Assembly: GCA_963734535.1 (NCBI GenBank)
Contig: CAVTHS010000007.1
Coordinates: forward strand, 192,001-256,000
Reading direction: 5' to 3'
Length of the DNA: 64,000 nucleotides
Source: an uncultured Chloroflexia bacterium
GTDB lineage: Bacteria > Chloroflexota > Limnocylindria > Limnocylindrales > CSP1-4
How positions within the stretch are numbered: the stretch's first letter is position 1; each line of letters begins with the position of its first letter. Position numbers and translations under genes: made by a program. A model generated the notes under the pieces. The model had not been told where the DNA came from. It saw only the letters and a list, made by a program, of their open reading frames with translations, and did no database searches. Shown here piece by piece: positions 26,970-36,912 of the stretch.

Positions 26970-29582
26970 GTGAACACCATGACGTTCGTTCCCGAATCGG
27001 GCCGGACGCGCCTCGGGACCAGTGCCCGCCCGGTGGCGATCGTCCTCGCCGCGCTGCTTCTCGGCGCGTTCGCATTCGCACCGGCCTCGGTCCAGGCGGC
27101 CTCTGCGACGATGGCGCCCGCATGCAGTGGCGCGAACGTGCGGTCCGGCCCCTCGACGACGGCCGCGGTCAAGGCCAGGCTCTCGACGGGCACGAAGGTC
27201 ACGACCGTTGCGCTCGTCGCCGGCGGCGCCTGGAAGGCGGTCTGTGCCGGCGCGAAGTCGGGCTCGAAGTGGTACCGGATCAGCGCCGTCAACGGGAGGG
27301 CAGTCCGGTCGCTGTACGGCGTCGCGTACCTCTACGCGGCGAGCGGCGTCCTCAAGGGCGTGCCGCCTACCTCCACCGTGCCGCCAACATCGACCGTGCC
27401 GCCACCGCAGACCGACGCGGCGGCCGATACCAACGGCGCCGAGCTCATGCGCCTGATCAATCTCGACCGCACGGCGCTTGGTCTGCCCGCGTACCCGATC
27501 GATGCGGGGCTGGCCGCCATCGCCCGGGATGCGCCGTTCACCTGCCCGACCGACCCGACCCTGGTCCTCCGCGGCCGGGCCGCGGACATGGCCGGCCGCT
27601 CGTATTTCGGGCACACGGTCGCGGGGTGCTTCCTGGCGGGAACCGCCACGCCGTACCCATCCCTGGCGATCGTCCAGACCGTCTTCGGCTACTCGCTGGC
27701 GCGGAGCGAGATCCTGCACTGGAACCAGGTCGGATCCGCGGCCACCACCTACACCCTCGGCTGCGACATCAACGGGACCGGCTGCACGGGTGGCACCACG
27801 ATGGCACCCGCCTCCGTCGTGATCGCCCAGCGCAATTTCATGGGCTCCTCGTCACATCGGACCTCGGAGCTGGGCGCATTTGGGCGGTTCGGGTGCGGCT
27901 CCGCGACGGTGCCCGGCACGACGGCCACCTACTACGCTTGCCTCTTCTCCGACAGCGGGTCCAGCTGGACGCCCGGATCTCCACCTGCCGCGCCACCGAC
28001 CGCCCCGCCGGCGCCCAGCCCGGTCCCGCCCGGCACGACGCCGTCTTCCGCCGGCCAGCAGATGGTGCCGGCGTGCGGCGGCGTCAACATCCGGACCGGC
28101 GCCTCGACGGGTTCCCCGGTCGCGACGACGCTCGGCACCACCGACGCGCTCACCGTCGTGGCGACCGTCCCCGGGTCCGGCTGGAGCACCAGCTGCCCGG
28201 GCGCGACGTCCGGCTCGACCTGGTACCAGGTCAGCCAGGTCAACGGGCAACCCGTCTCGACGATCTACGGGGTCGCCGCCCTGTATGCCGCGACCGGCGT
28301 CCTCGCACCGGCGCCGACCGCCGTTCCGCCCGTCCCGGCGCCCGCGACTGGCCCCGCGCCCGTGGGCGCGCCAGCCGCCGGTCCGACGGTGCTCGGCGCG
28401 AGCGTGACGTTCTACGGCCGCGGCTCGGGTCACGGCGTCGGGCTCTCCCAGTACGGTGCCCGCGGCCGAGCGCTCGCCGGCCAGGACGCCGCGACGATCC
28501 TCGCCCACTACTACGCCGGGACCACGATCGGGGCCATCGATCCCGCGACCCCCATCCGGGTCCTGCTCCTCGCCGGCGGCGCGTTCACGGCCGACAGCCC
28601 GCTGATCGTGTTCGGCAGGGGCGGTTCGTGGACCGTGGACGGCATCGCAGCCGTCTTCCCGGCGGACGCCCGCCTCCGCCTGGTCCCGGTGACCTCCGGG
28701 ATCGCGACCGCGTGGCGCGTGGTTGTCGACGACGCCGCCGGGGCCGTCCTCTTCGACGGTGCCGCGCCGGCCGACCTTCGAATCCGCGGGGCGACCCCGG
28801 ACACGACCCTCCAGCTTCCGGCACGCGCCGCGTCCTACAACCTCTACCGTGGCAACCTCCACGTGATCACGACAGGCGCGAAGGCTGACGTCGTGAACGA
28901 GGTGCGCGTCGAGGATTACCTGCGTGGCGTGGTCCCGGCCGAGATGCCGTCGACCTGGCCCGCCGCGGCGCTCACAGCCCAGGCGATCGCGGCCCGATCC
29001 TACGCGGCCTATCAGCTCCGTCCCGGCGTCTCGACGTTCGACGTCTATGACGACACCCGGTCCCAGGTCTACCTCGGCGTCCGCACGGAGGCGCCGGCGA
29101 TCGACGCCGTCGTTGCCGCGACGGCAGGCCAGGTGCTCTTCAGCGGCACGCGGATCGCGAACGCGCTGTTCCACTCGGCCGACGGCGGCGCCACGGAGAA
29201 CAACGAGAACGTCTATGTGAGCGCAACCGGGGCGAAGGTCGGGACGCCGGTGGCTGCCCTCCGCGGGTCGCCCGACCGGGATCCGAACGGCATTCCCTAC
29301 GACGCCACGTCCCCGTATGCGACCTGGCAGACGCGGACGTACACGCCGGCCCAGCTCTCGGCGATCTTCGCCGTCGACGCCCGCACCAACGTGGGAACCC
29401 TGTCCGCGCTCGACCTCCACGACCGCGGGGTCTCGGGCCGCCTCGTCAGCGTCACGCTGGTCGGCTCGGCCGGCACGAGGACGGTCTCGGGAACGGTCTT
29501 CATCGCGGCCTTCAACGCGGGGCGGCCCGCGGGGGACCCGATGGCCAGGAGCACGCTGCTCGACCTCGTCCCGATCCCCTGA
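26970..29582 (+). CDS. Secreted SH3-CAP-SH3-SpoIID/LytB multidomain cell-wall protein
   Basis: GGAGG RBS and GTG; signal peptide; two homologous SH3b-like repeats; CAP-like region; 'GHGVGLSQYGA', 'YLRGVVPAEMP', 'AQAIAARSY'. Confidence 0.88.
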   Translation: MNTMTFVPESGRTRLGTSARPVAIVLAALLLGAFAFAPASVQAASATMAPACSGANVRSGPSTTAAVKARLSTGTKVTTVALVAGGAWKAVCAGAKSGSKWYRISAVNGRAVRSLYGVAYLYAASGVLKGVPPTSTVPPTSTVPPPQTDAAADTNGAELMRLINLDRTALGLPAYPIDAGLAAIARDAPFTCPTDPTLVLRGRAADMAGRSYFGHTVAGCFLAGTATPYPSLAIVQTVFGYSLARSEILHWNQVGSAATTYTLGCDINGTGCTGGTTMAPASVVIAQRNFMGSSSHRTSELGAFGRFGCGSATVPGTTATYYACLFSDSGSSWTPGSPPAAPPTAPPAPSPVPPGTTPSSAGQQMVPACGGVNIRTGASTGSPVATTLGTTDALTVVATVPGSGWSTSCPGATSGSTWYQVSQVNGQPVSTIYGVAALYAATGVLAPAPTAVPPVPAPATGPAPVGAPAAGPTVLGASVTFYGRGSGHGVGLSQYGARGRALAGQDAATILAHYYAGTTIGAIDPATPIRVLLLAGGAFTADSPLIVFGRGGSWTVDGIAAVFPADARLRLVPVTSGIATAWRVVVDDAAGAVLFDGAAPADLRIRGATPDTTLQLPARAASYNLYRGNLHVITTGAKADVVNEVRVEDYLRGVVPAEMPSTWPAAALTAQAIAARSYAAYQLRPGVSTFDVYDDTRSQVYLGVRTEAPAIDAVVAATAGQVLFSGTRIANALFHSADGGATENNENVYVSATGAKVGTPVAALRGSPDRDPNGIPYDATSPYATWQTRTYTPAQLSAIFAVDARTNVGTLSALDLHDRGVSGRLVSVTLVGSAGTRTVSGTVFIAAFNAGRPAGDPMARSTLLDLVPIP

Positions 29583-29597
29583 GGCGCGGGCGGCGCG

Positions 29598-30605
29598 TCA
29601 GCGATCCGGCGCGGGACCTCCAGCCCGATCGTCCGGGGCGGGATCGGGCGCGCCCGACAGTCGGACCACTGCCTCCCACAGGCGGCGGCGATCGGCCGCG
29701 CCGAGACGGGTTCCGGGGATGCGGTCGAACGGACGCGGCCGGCGATCCAGGTAGAGCGCCCCGCTCGTCGCAGCCCCGGCCGGGTCCGCGGCGAGCCAGA
29801 CGATGGTGTCGGCCCCTTGCGCGGGCGTTCGGAGCAGCGGCCGCATCGCGCGGTGGAAGCCCGGCAGCGTCTCCGCCAGGCCCGGCGTGTCGGCCCAGCC
29901 CGGGTGCATGGCGCTGAACGTGATGCCGGTCCCGCGCAGGCGGCGAGCCCACTCGCGGACGAGGGCCGTCTGGGCGCGCTTCGCCCGAGCGTAGGCCCGG
30001 GAGCCGGAGAACGGCCCGCCCGACGATTGCAGGTCGTCGAGGTCCAGCTTCTGGCTGTACATGCCGCCGGACGTCACGGAGATCACCCTCGCGGCCGGCG
30101 TGCGTCGAAGCAGGGGCAGGAGCCCCGAGACCAGGACGAACGGGCCCACGACGAGGACGGCCAGGGTCGCCTCGATCCCGTCCGGCCCGAGGCGCCGCTC
30201 GGGGAAGATCGCCCCCGCGTTGTCGATCAGCACGTCGAGCCTGGCCTCGGTCGCGTCGACGCGGCGCACGGCGTCGCGAATGGAGTCGAGGGATCCCATG
30301 TCGGCCACGACGATCGGGAAGCGGTCCTCGCCGTGCCGTGTGACCAGGGCATCGCGGACGGCCGCGAGACGCTCCTCGCTCCGGCCGACGAGGACGATCC
30401 TCGCGCCGAGCGCCGCGAGCGCATCGGTCGCCGCTCGCCCCAGCCCCGACGTGGGCCCGGTCACGAGGACCGTCCTGCCCTCGAGCGCGCCATCCGGCGG
30501 CGGCTCCCATCCGAATAGCTGTCGACGGAGCGCGATTCCCACCCGGGAGAAGCTGCCGGCGATCGAAATCTCGAGGCAATCGTCGACCAGCGACGCGACA
30601 TCCAT
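29598..30605 (-). CDS. Short-chain dehydrogenase (DHRS12-like)
   Basis: 'TGPTSGLG', 'SGGMY', 'YARAK', 'MHPGWADTPG'. Confidence 0.9.
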   Translation of the reverse strand: MDVASLVDDCLEISIAGSFSRVGIALRRQLFGWEPPPDGALEGRTVLVTGPTSGLGRAATDALAALGARIVLVGRSEERLAAVRDALVTRHGEDRFPIVVADMGSLDSIRDAVRRVDATEARLDVLIDNAGAIFPERRLGPDGIEATLAVLVVGPFVLVSGLLPLLRRTPAARVISVTSGGMYSQKLDLDDLQSSGGPFSGSRAYARAKRAQTALVREWARRLRGTGITFSAMHPGWADTPGLAETLPGFHRAMRPLLRTPAQGADTIVWLAADPAGAATSGALYLDRRPRPFDRIPGTRLGAADRRRLWEAVVRLSGAPDPAPDDRAGGPAPDR

Positions 30606-30699
30606 GAAGCACCCTCCAGGTTGGTGGCTGCGGTCCGGGCGGCGGATGCCCGCCCCGGGTTCCAGGCGCCGACCTGGCCTCCCCGCATCGGAGCCGAAG

Positions 30700-31182
30700 A
30701 TGACCAGGTTGCACCAACAGATCGAAACTCGACTGCCGCTGGATGCCGCGTTTGCGTTCGTCGCCGATTTCGCGAACGCCATGCACTGGGATCCCGGAGT
30801 CGCCACGTCCGAGTCCATCGACGCGGCGCCGACCGGGCTCGGCGCCCGGTACCGGCTCGGCGTTCGGATGCGCGGACGGGTCACCCCGATGGAGTACCGG
30901 ATCACGACGTTCGAAGCGCCCCGCCGGGTGGTGCTCACGGGCACGGGTCCCGGGATCTCCGCGATCGACGAGATCCGTTTCGAGGCTGTCGGGACCGTCA
31001 CCCGGATCGACTATACGGCCGACATCCGGCTCGGTGGCTTGCCGCGGCTCGCGCAGCCCTTCCTGGGCGGGGCCTTCGCGAGGCTTGCGCACGAGGCGAT
31101 CGACGGGATGCGGCGGGCGCTGGACGCGCGCGCGGTCGAGCGTGATGCTGCGCACGCCAGCGCGGCCACGTCGCCTCGATGA
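30700..31182 (+). CDS. SRPBCC (START-like) lipid-binding protein
   Basis: '[18 protein letters not shown]...GARY'. Confidence 0.85.
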   Translation: MTRLHQQIETRLPLDAAFAFVADFANAMHWDPGVATSESIDAAPTGLGARYRLGVRMRGRVTPMEYRITTFEAPRRVVLTGTGPGISAIDEIRFEAVGTVTRIDYTADIRLGGLPRLAQPFLGGAFARLAHEAIDGMRRALDARAVERDAAHASAATSPR

Positions 31183-32453
31183 AGGTCGCCGTGGTCGGGT
31201 CCGGGGTCAGCGGGCTGACCGCCGCCTATGCGCTCCACCGGGACGGGCACCAGGTCCACCTCTTCGAGCGTGAGCCGGCGGTCGGCGGCCACGTCCGGAC
31301 GGTCGTGGTTCCAACGGACCGCGGTCCGGTCCCTGTCGACACCGGGTTCATCGTCTACAACGAGCGGACGTACCCCCAATTCGTCGGCCTCCTCGCCGAG
31401 CTGGGCGTGGAGACACAGCCAAGCGACATGTCGCTTGGCTCGGCCTGTCGCGACTGCGGCGTCGAGTTCAGCTCGCGCGGCGCGCGCGGCCTGTTCGCCA
31501 TCCCGGCGTCGGTGGCCCGCCCGGGGCACTGGCGGATGCTCGTGGACGTGGTCCGCTTCTACGCGGACGCACGACGGATCCTCGACACGAACCCGCCGTC
31601 CGGCCTGACGCTGGGCGAGTACCTCGACGCGGGTGGTTACGGGACGGGCTTCCGCAACCATTTCCTCGTCCCGATCACCGCGGCGGTCTGGTCCACTGCC
31701 CCGCAACGGGCGCTCGAGTTCCCGTTGGACTACCTGCTCCACTTCCTCGACAACCATGGGCTGATCGGCCTGGGCCGCGCGCCCCAATGGCGGACGATCC
31801 GAGGCGGCTCCCACGAATACGTGGCGCGGATCATCGCGTCCCTCCCCGCGGGTGCCGTGAGCACCGACGATCCGGTGCTCGGCGTCAGCCGGGACCAGGC
31901 AGGCGTCACGATCCGGACCGCGCGCCGGCCGCCGCAGCGCTTCGACGCGGTCGTGCTCGCCTCGCACGCGGACGATGCCCTGCGCACGCTCGGGGATGCG
32001 GACGACGCGGAGCGGGCGGCACTGGCCGGCTTCGACTACACGCCGAACGAGGTGGTGCTGCATACGGACGAGCGGGTGATGCCGCGGAGCGGGAACGCAT
32101 GGGCGTCGTGGAACGTGGAACAGCCCGCCTGTGCGCGCCCCGGCGGTGCCGTCACGATGACCTACCACATGAACCGCCTGCAGACGCTCCCCGGCCCCGA
32201 GCAGTACTTCGTGTCGCTCAATCCTGGTGCGCGCGTCCGGCCCGAGCGGGTGATCGTGACGCGCGAGTTCACCCATCCGCTCTACACGTTCGGGACGCTC
32301 GGGGCCCAGCGCGCCGTCGGGGCGCTGCAGGGACATCGGAGGACGTACTACGCGGGGGCACACCTCGGCTACGGCTTCCACGAGGACGGCTGTCGATCGG
32401 GCTACGAGGTCGCCGCGATGCTGTCGTCGGCCGCGGAGGAGCGAGCCGCATGA
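31179..32453 (+). CDS. FAD-dependent oxidoreductase (UfaD/Rv0449c-like)
   Basis: 'GSGVSGL', '[14 protein letters not shown]', 'AWASWN', 'GYGFHEDG'. Confidence 0.9.
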   Translation: MKVAVVGSGVSGLTAAYALHRDGHQVHLFEREPAVGGHVRTVVVPTDRGPVPVDTGFIVYNERTYPQFVGLLAELGVETQPSDMSLGSACRDCGVEFSSRGARGLFAIPASVARPGHWRMLVDVVRFYADARRILDTNPPSGLTLGEYLDAGGYGTGFRNHFLVPITAAVWSTAPQRALEFPLDYLLHFLDNHGLIGLGRAPQWRTIRGGSHEYVARIIASLPAGAVSTDDPVLGVSRDQAGVTIRTARRPPQRFDAVVLASHADDALRTLGDADDAERAALAGFDYTPNEVVLHTDERVMPRSGNAWASWNVEQPACARPGGAVTMTYHMNRLQTLPGPEQYFVSLNPGARVRPERVIVTREFTHPLYTFGTLGAQRAVGALQGHRRTYYAGAHLGYGFHEDGCRSGYEVAAMLSSAAEERAA

Positions 32454-33232
32454 ACTCACACCTGCTCGAAGGGAAGGTCACCCACCGCCGCACGCGCCCG
32501 TTCACGTACCGGCTGGACCACGCGGTCTTCTACGTTGCGCTCGACCTCGGCGAGCTCGACGAGGCGGCACGAACGCTCCGGCTGGTCAGCCGCAACCGCC
32601 GGAACGTCCTTTCCTTCCGGGACGGCGATCACCTCGACCCGCCGGCGGTCGACCTCGCCGCTCGGATCCGGCAGCACCTCCGCGACGACGGCGTGGAGCC
32701 CGACGGATGGGAGGTGACCCTCGTCACCAGCCTGCGGGTCTTCGGCTACGTCTTCAACCCCGCCAGCTTCTACCTCTGCCGCGACGCGGACGGCCAGCTC
32801 CGCGTGGTCGTCATCGAGGTCCACAACACGCATGGCGAGCGGCACCTGTACACGCTGCGGACCGAGCGGCGCGGCGCCTGGCACGTCGCCTCGATGGCCA
32901 AGGCGTTCTACGTCTCCCCCTTCATCGAGATGGAGGGCCGGTACGTCGTTCGCGTGCGCGACGATGCGCACGGTCTCCGGATCGGCATCGACGAGAGCCA
33001 GGACGGAGCGACGGTGCTCCACACCAGCCTGGTGCTCGCGCGGGTCCCGCTCACCGACCGGGCGATCGCCCGGATGCTGGTTCGCCACCCGTTCGTGACC
33101 CAGAAGACGATCGCGGCGATCCACCTGCACGCCTGGCGGCTCTGGCGTCGTGGGGCCCGCTTCCATCGTCACGGGGAGGCCACGCGCCGCGACGGGGACG
33201 TGCTGCGAAGCCCGGCGGAGGCGCCTCGATGA
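32450..33232 (+). CDS. DUF1365 protein (UfaO/Rv0448c-like)
   Basis: 'H.R..P', '[10 protein letters not shown]', '[11 protein letters not shown]', 'KAFYVSPF'. Confidence 0.92.
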   Translation: MNSHLLEGKVTHRRTRPFTYRLDHAVFYVALDLGELDEAARTLRLVSRNRRNVLSFRDGDHLDPPAVDLAARIRQHLRDDGVEPDGWEVTLVTSLRVFGYVFNPASFYLCRDADGQLRVVVIEVHNTHGERHLYTLRTERRGAWHVASMAKAFYVSPFIEMEGRYVVRVRDDAHGLRIGIDESQDGATVLHTSLVLARVPLTDRAIARMLVRHPFVTQKTIAAIHLHAWRLWRRGARFHRHGEATRRDGDVLRSPAEAPR

Positions 33233-34471
33233 GCGAACGGCAGGCAGCCCGGAACCGGCCGGGCGCGGCAGAGCCGATCCTGGCGGGCGTCGCGCAGCGG
33301 ATCGGGCTCGCGGCCGCGGAGCGGATCCGGACCGGCTGCCTGGTCGTCGTGCTTCCCGATGGGTCGCGCCGCGTGTTCGGCAACGCCCAGTCGGCGCGTC
33401 GCGGCGAGATCCGGATCCACGATTCGCGAGCCCTGGTTCGCGCCCTCGTGAACGGCGAGACCGGGCTCGGCGAGGCGTATGTCGACGGGCTCTGGTCGAG
33501 CCCGGACCTCGTCGCCCTCATCGAGCTCGCGGCCCTGAACCGGGCGTCGCTCGCGCTGTCCGCCGGCTGGTGGCGAGCGCCGACCCAGCTCGCCCGGACG
33601 CTGGCCCACCGGGCGCGGCGCAACACGCGGAGGCAGAGCCGTCGCAACATCGCGGCGCATTACGACCTGGGCAACGACTTCTACCGGCTCTTCCTCGACG
33701 AGACGATGACGTACTCGAGTGCGGTCTTCGCCTCGCCCGACCAGCCGCTCGCCGACGCCCAGCGCAACAAGTACCGGCTCATGGCCGAGCGCGCCGGCCT
33801 CGTCCGCGGCATGCACGTGCTGGAGATCGGCACCGGGTGGGGCGGGTTCGCGCTCTACGCCGCGGGCGAGCTCGGTTGCCGCGTGACGACGATCACGATC
33901 TCGCAGGCCCAGGCGGACGCTTGCCCGGGAGCGCGTCCGGGACGCGAGCCTCGACGGGCTCGTCGACGTCCAGCTGCGCGACTACCGCGAGATCGTCGGC
34001 ACCTTCGACGCGATCGTCTCGATCGAGATGCTCGAGGCGGTTGGCGCCGAATACCTCGCCACGTTCTTCGAGGCGTGCGACCGCGCGCTGGCGCCAGGCG
34101 GCAGGCTCAGCCTCCAGTCGATCACGTTCCCGGACGCCGCCTACGAGACCCAGCGCCGGGGCGCCAACTGGATCCAGCAGTACATCTTCCCGGGTGGCCT
34201 GTGCCCATCCCTGGCCGTGATCGAGCGGGCGACGCGGGCTACGAACCTCCGCATCACGCGGGTCGACGACATCGGCCAGCACTACGCGGCCACGCTCCGC
34301 GCGTGGCGCGAACGCTTCCTGGAGCGGGTGGCAGCGGTCCGCGCGCTCGGCTTCGACGGCCGGTTCGTGCGGACGTGGGAGTACTACCTGGCCCTGAGCG
34401 AGGCGGCGTTCGCCACCGGGACGACGCAGGACCTGCAGGTGGTGTTCGAGAAGGGTCGCAGGGTCGCGTAG
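33229..34471 (+). CDS. cfa: Cfa-family fatty-acyl-phospholipid methyltransferase (+1 frameshift near 33920)
   Basis: 'NIAAHYDLGNDFY', 'MTYSSA', 'LEIGTGWGG'; next frame 'EMLEAVG', 'YIFPGG', 'WEYYL'. Confidence 0.9.
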
Positions 34472-34579
34472 CGGCCCTTCCTCATCCCGGCGGCTCGAGC
34501 GGGACGCCGGCAGCTCACGGCTCCGCCGTCGCTGCTGGCACGCCTGTCAGCCGCGAGGCGGCGGGCAACGATCGGCCGT

Positions 34580-34608
34580 GGAACGCCACCGGCGTTGGCG
34601 GGAGTCTT
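34580..34608 (+). promoter_or_regulatory. Possible ECF promoter
   Basis: GGAACG-N17-AGTCTT about 35 nt upstream of GTG 34643. Confidence 0.35.
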
Positions 34609-34642
34609 CCGTTACGCTCCGCGCGCCCAGAAAGGAGCACTC

Positions 34643-35599
34643 GTGCCCCCAGATCCGTTCCCGCGCGCGGCGCTCGCGACGAATCGCTCCGGCCGCCTCA
34701 CGCCCGACCAGACCGTCTTCTACCGCGAGGAGGCGGCTTCGGACCGTCGAAACCTGCTCATGGCCGGGCTGGTCATTGCGGCCCTGGGAACTGCGCTCGT
34801 CATCGGCTCGATCACCGGTCGGATCACGAGCGGGCGGCTGGAGTCGCTCGGGATCGGCGCGGCGCTGCTTGCGGTCGGCGCCGCGGTGGCGTGGTTCGGG
34901 GGGATCCGCGGATCGCGGGCCAAGGCCGCGGCCGCAGGCGCGGGACGCGTGACGTCCATCGATGGGCCGATCCGGCGGGAGCGGCGGGACCGGCGGGATG
35001 ATGGATTGGGCGACTCGGGCCACATCAGCCCGGGGAACGAGTACGCGTACTACCTGCTGGTCGGCGACCGGAGCTTCTCCGTCTCCCGGGACCAGTGGGA
35101 CGCCGCGCCCCAGGACGGCGTCGCGCGCGTCTACCTGCTGGGCGACTCGGACCGGATCGTCAACCTGGAGCGGATCGCCGACGGCCCACCGCCGCAGGTC
35201 CCCGGCCTCGTTCGCGCTGCTCTCGAGCTCGCGACGAGCTCCCCGGACCCGGCCAGGGCGGAGGAGGCGCGGGCCATGCTGCGCCAGGCAGACGCGGTGT
35301 CGGCCGTCGCCGGGGGCTCGTCTGGCGCGCCTGCCCCGGGTCTGGCGCCCGCCGTCCCGCTCGAGCAGGCCATCCTCGGGACGTGGCAGAGCGACCTGGC
35401 CGGCATGACGTACGAGTTCCGGGCCGACGGTTCGGCCTCGGCGGGCTCCGCGCGCCATGGCGTCCGCGAGCAGCGCTGGTCGATCGCCGGTCCCGCCGCG
35501 ATCCGGGTGGACGACTCGACGGTCCACGTCGCCGTCGATGGCGACGTCCTGTCGCTCGGCGAGCCGCCGCGGTCCCTCACGTTCCACCGCGTGGGCTGA
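34643..35599 (+). CDS. Hypothetical membrane protein (2 TM)
   Basis: AAGGAG RBS and GTG; two TM helices; C-terminal 'ILGTW...YEFRADG' beta domain. Confidence 0.7.
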   Translation: MPPDPFPRAALATNRSGRLTPDQTVFYREEAASDRRNLLMAGLVIAALGTALVIGSITGRITSGRLESLGIGAALLAVGAAVAWFGGIRGSRAKAAAAGAGRVTSIDGPIRRERRDRRDDGLGDSGHISPGNEYAYYLLVGDRSFSVSRDQWDAAPQDGVARVYLLGDSDRIVNLERIADGPPPQVPGLVRAALELATSSPDPARAEEARAMLRQADAVSAVAGGSSGAPAPGLAPAVPLEQAILGTWQSDLAGMTYEFRADGSASAGSARHGVREQRWSIAGPAAIRVDDSTVHVAVDGDVLSLGEPPRSLTFHRVG

Positions 35600-35679
35600 C
35601 GCCGGGTCTCCAGGGCGTACCGGAGCCTCGGCATGGGGGTTCCAGCATGAGCGAACACGAGCGAAGGGTCCGGCGCGTG

Positions 35680-36804
35680 CTACCGCGCCGTCACCTCCAC
35701 CGCGTAGCCCTCGGCCTCCTCGTCGTAGCCCCCGTGGTAGCCGGAGGCATCGGGCCGGCCGATCTGCGAGTGCGGGACCACGCGGCCGCGACGCAGACCC
35801 CGGAAGTCCGCGAGCGAGGTCCAGCCGCGATCGGCGTTCCGCTCGATGAACTCGGTCATCCCGCGCGCGAGGGCGGCGATCACGTTCGGTCCGATGGCAT
35901 GGTCGAGCATCGCCGCGGTCGCGACCTGCACCGTGCCGCATCCCAGCAGGAAGTAGCTCAGCGCCTGGTCGAAGCCTGAGATGCCGCCGATGCCGGACAG
36001 CTCGCCGTCGGGGAAGGCCTGCGTCAGCTGGGCCATCTTGGCCAGCGATTGGGGCAGGATCGCGGGGCCACCGAGGCCGCCCGATGCGACGTACCCATCC
36101 ACGTTGATCTCGAAGTCGAGCGTCGCCGGGTCGAACAGCGGCAGCGCCGGGAACGTGTTCGATGACGAGATCGCATCGGCCCCGCCGAGGAAGGTTGCCG
36201 TCGCCTCCTCGACGATGTCCGCTGTCGCCGGGGTGAGCTTCACCCAGACCGGCACCCGCGCCACGGCCTTGACGGCCTGCGTGGAGACGGAGCACAGCAC
36301 CGGGTCCCTGCCGACGTTCGAGCCCATGTCCACCCGGTCCATGTGAGGGCACGAGAAGTTGAGCTCGATGGCGTCCACGCCCGCGTCCTGCACCGCCTGG
36401 GTCAGGACCTGCCAGTTGTGGAGCTCCTTGTCGGTGCCCGAGCCTGCCATGATCGAGGCGACGAGGACCCGGTTCGGCCAGGCCTTCTTGATGGCCTCGA
36501 GGCGTGGGACCCACCAGTCGAGCGTCTTGTCGGAGATCAGCTCCCAGTTCCACGACGCCATGAGCGTCGTGTCCGGGCGCTTCGCCATCGACAGACTTCC
36601 CTCGAAGTCGGCGCGCAGGAACTTCGTCTTCGGGCCTCGGACGTTCGTCACCGGATGCAGGCCGATCGTCTTCGTGACCACGCCGCCCCATCCGGCTTCG
36701 TAGGCGCGCAGGATGTTCGACTCGGACTCCGCGGGTGGGGCCGACGCGAGCAGGAACGGGTTCTCGAACCGGATGCCCGTGAAGACGGTCGAGAGGTCGG
36801 CCAC
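35680..36804 (-). CDS. preA: Dihydropyrimidine dehydrogenase subunit PreA (no C-terminal ferredoxin domain)
   Basis: 'NPFLLASAPP', 'GWGGVVTKT', 'NWELISD', 'ELNFSCPHM', 'KLTP', 'SGIGGI'. Confidence 0.88.
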   Translation of the reverse strand: MADLSTVFTGIRFENPFLLASAPPAESESNILRAYEAGWGGVVTKTIGLHPVTNVRGPKTKFLRADFEGSLSMAKRPDTTLMASWNWELISDKTLDWWVPRLEAIKKAWPNRVLVASIMAGSGTDKELHNWQVLTQAVQDAGVDAIELNFSCPHMDRVDMGSNVGRDPVLCSVSTQAVKAVARVPVWVKLTPATADIVEEATATFLGGADAISSSNTFPALPLFDPATLDFEINVDGYVASGGLGGPAILPQSLAKMAQLTQAFPDGELSGIGGISGFDQALSYFLLGCGTVQVATAAMLDHAIGPNVIAALARGMTEFIERNADRGWTSLADFRGLRRGRVVPHSQIGRPDASGYHGGYDEEAEGYAVEVTAR

Positions 36805-36912
36805 GGGATACCCCCTTGCGAGACTCGAGGACCGGCGTGTCCGGCCGGCACGCGGCCGGACTAGGGTCCGTTCCCCGCGGCGGTCCGTCAAGCCCGGACC
36901 GTCAAGCCCCTC

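Noticed and set aside
30606-30699. SigK-type promoter for the lipid cluster
   Set aside because: GCATCC and CCGAA elements occur, but not on the same strand at the 15-bp spacing.
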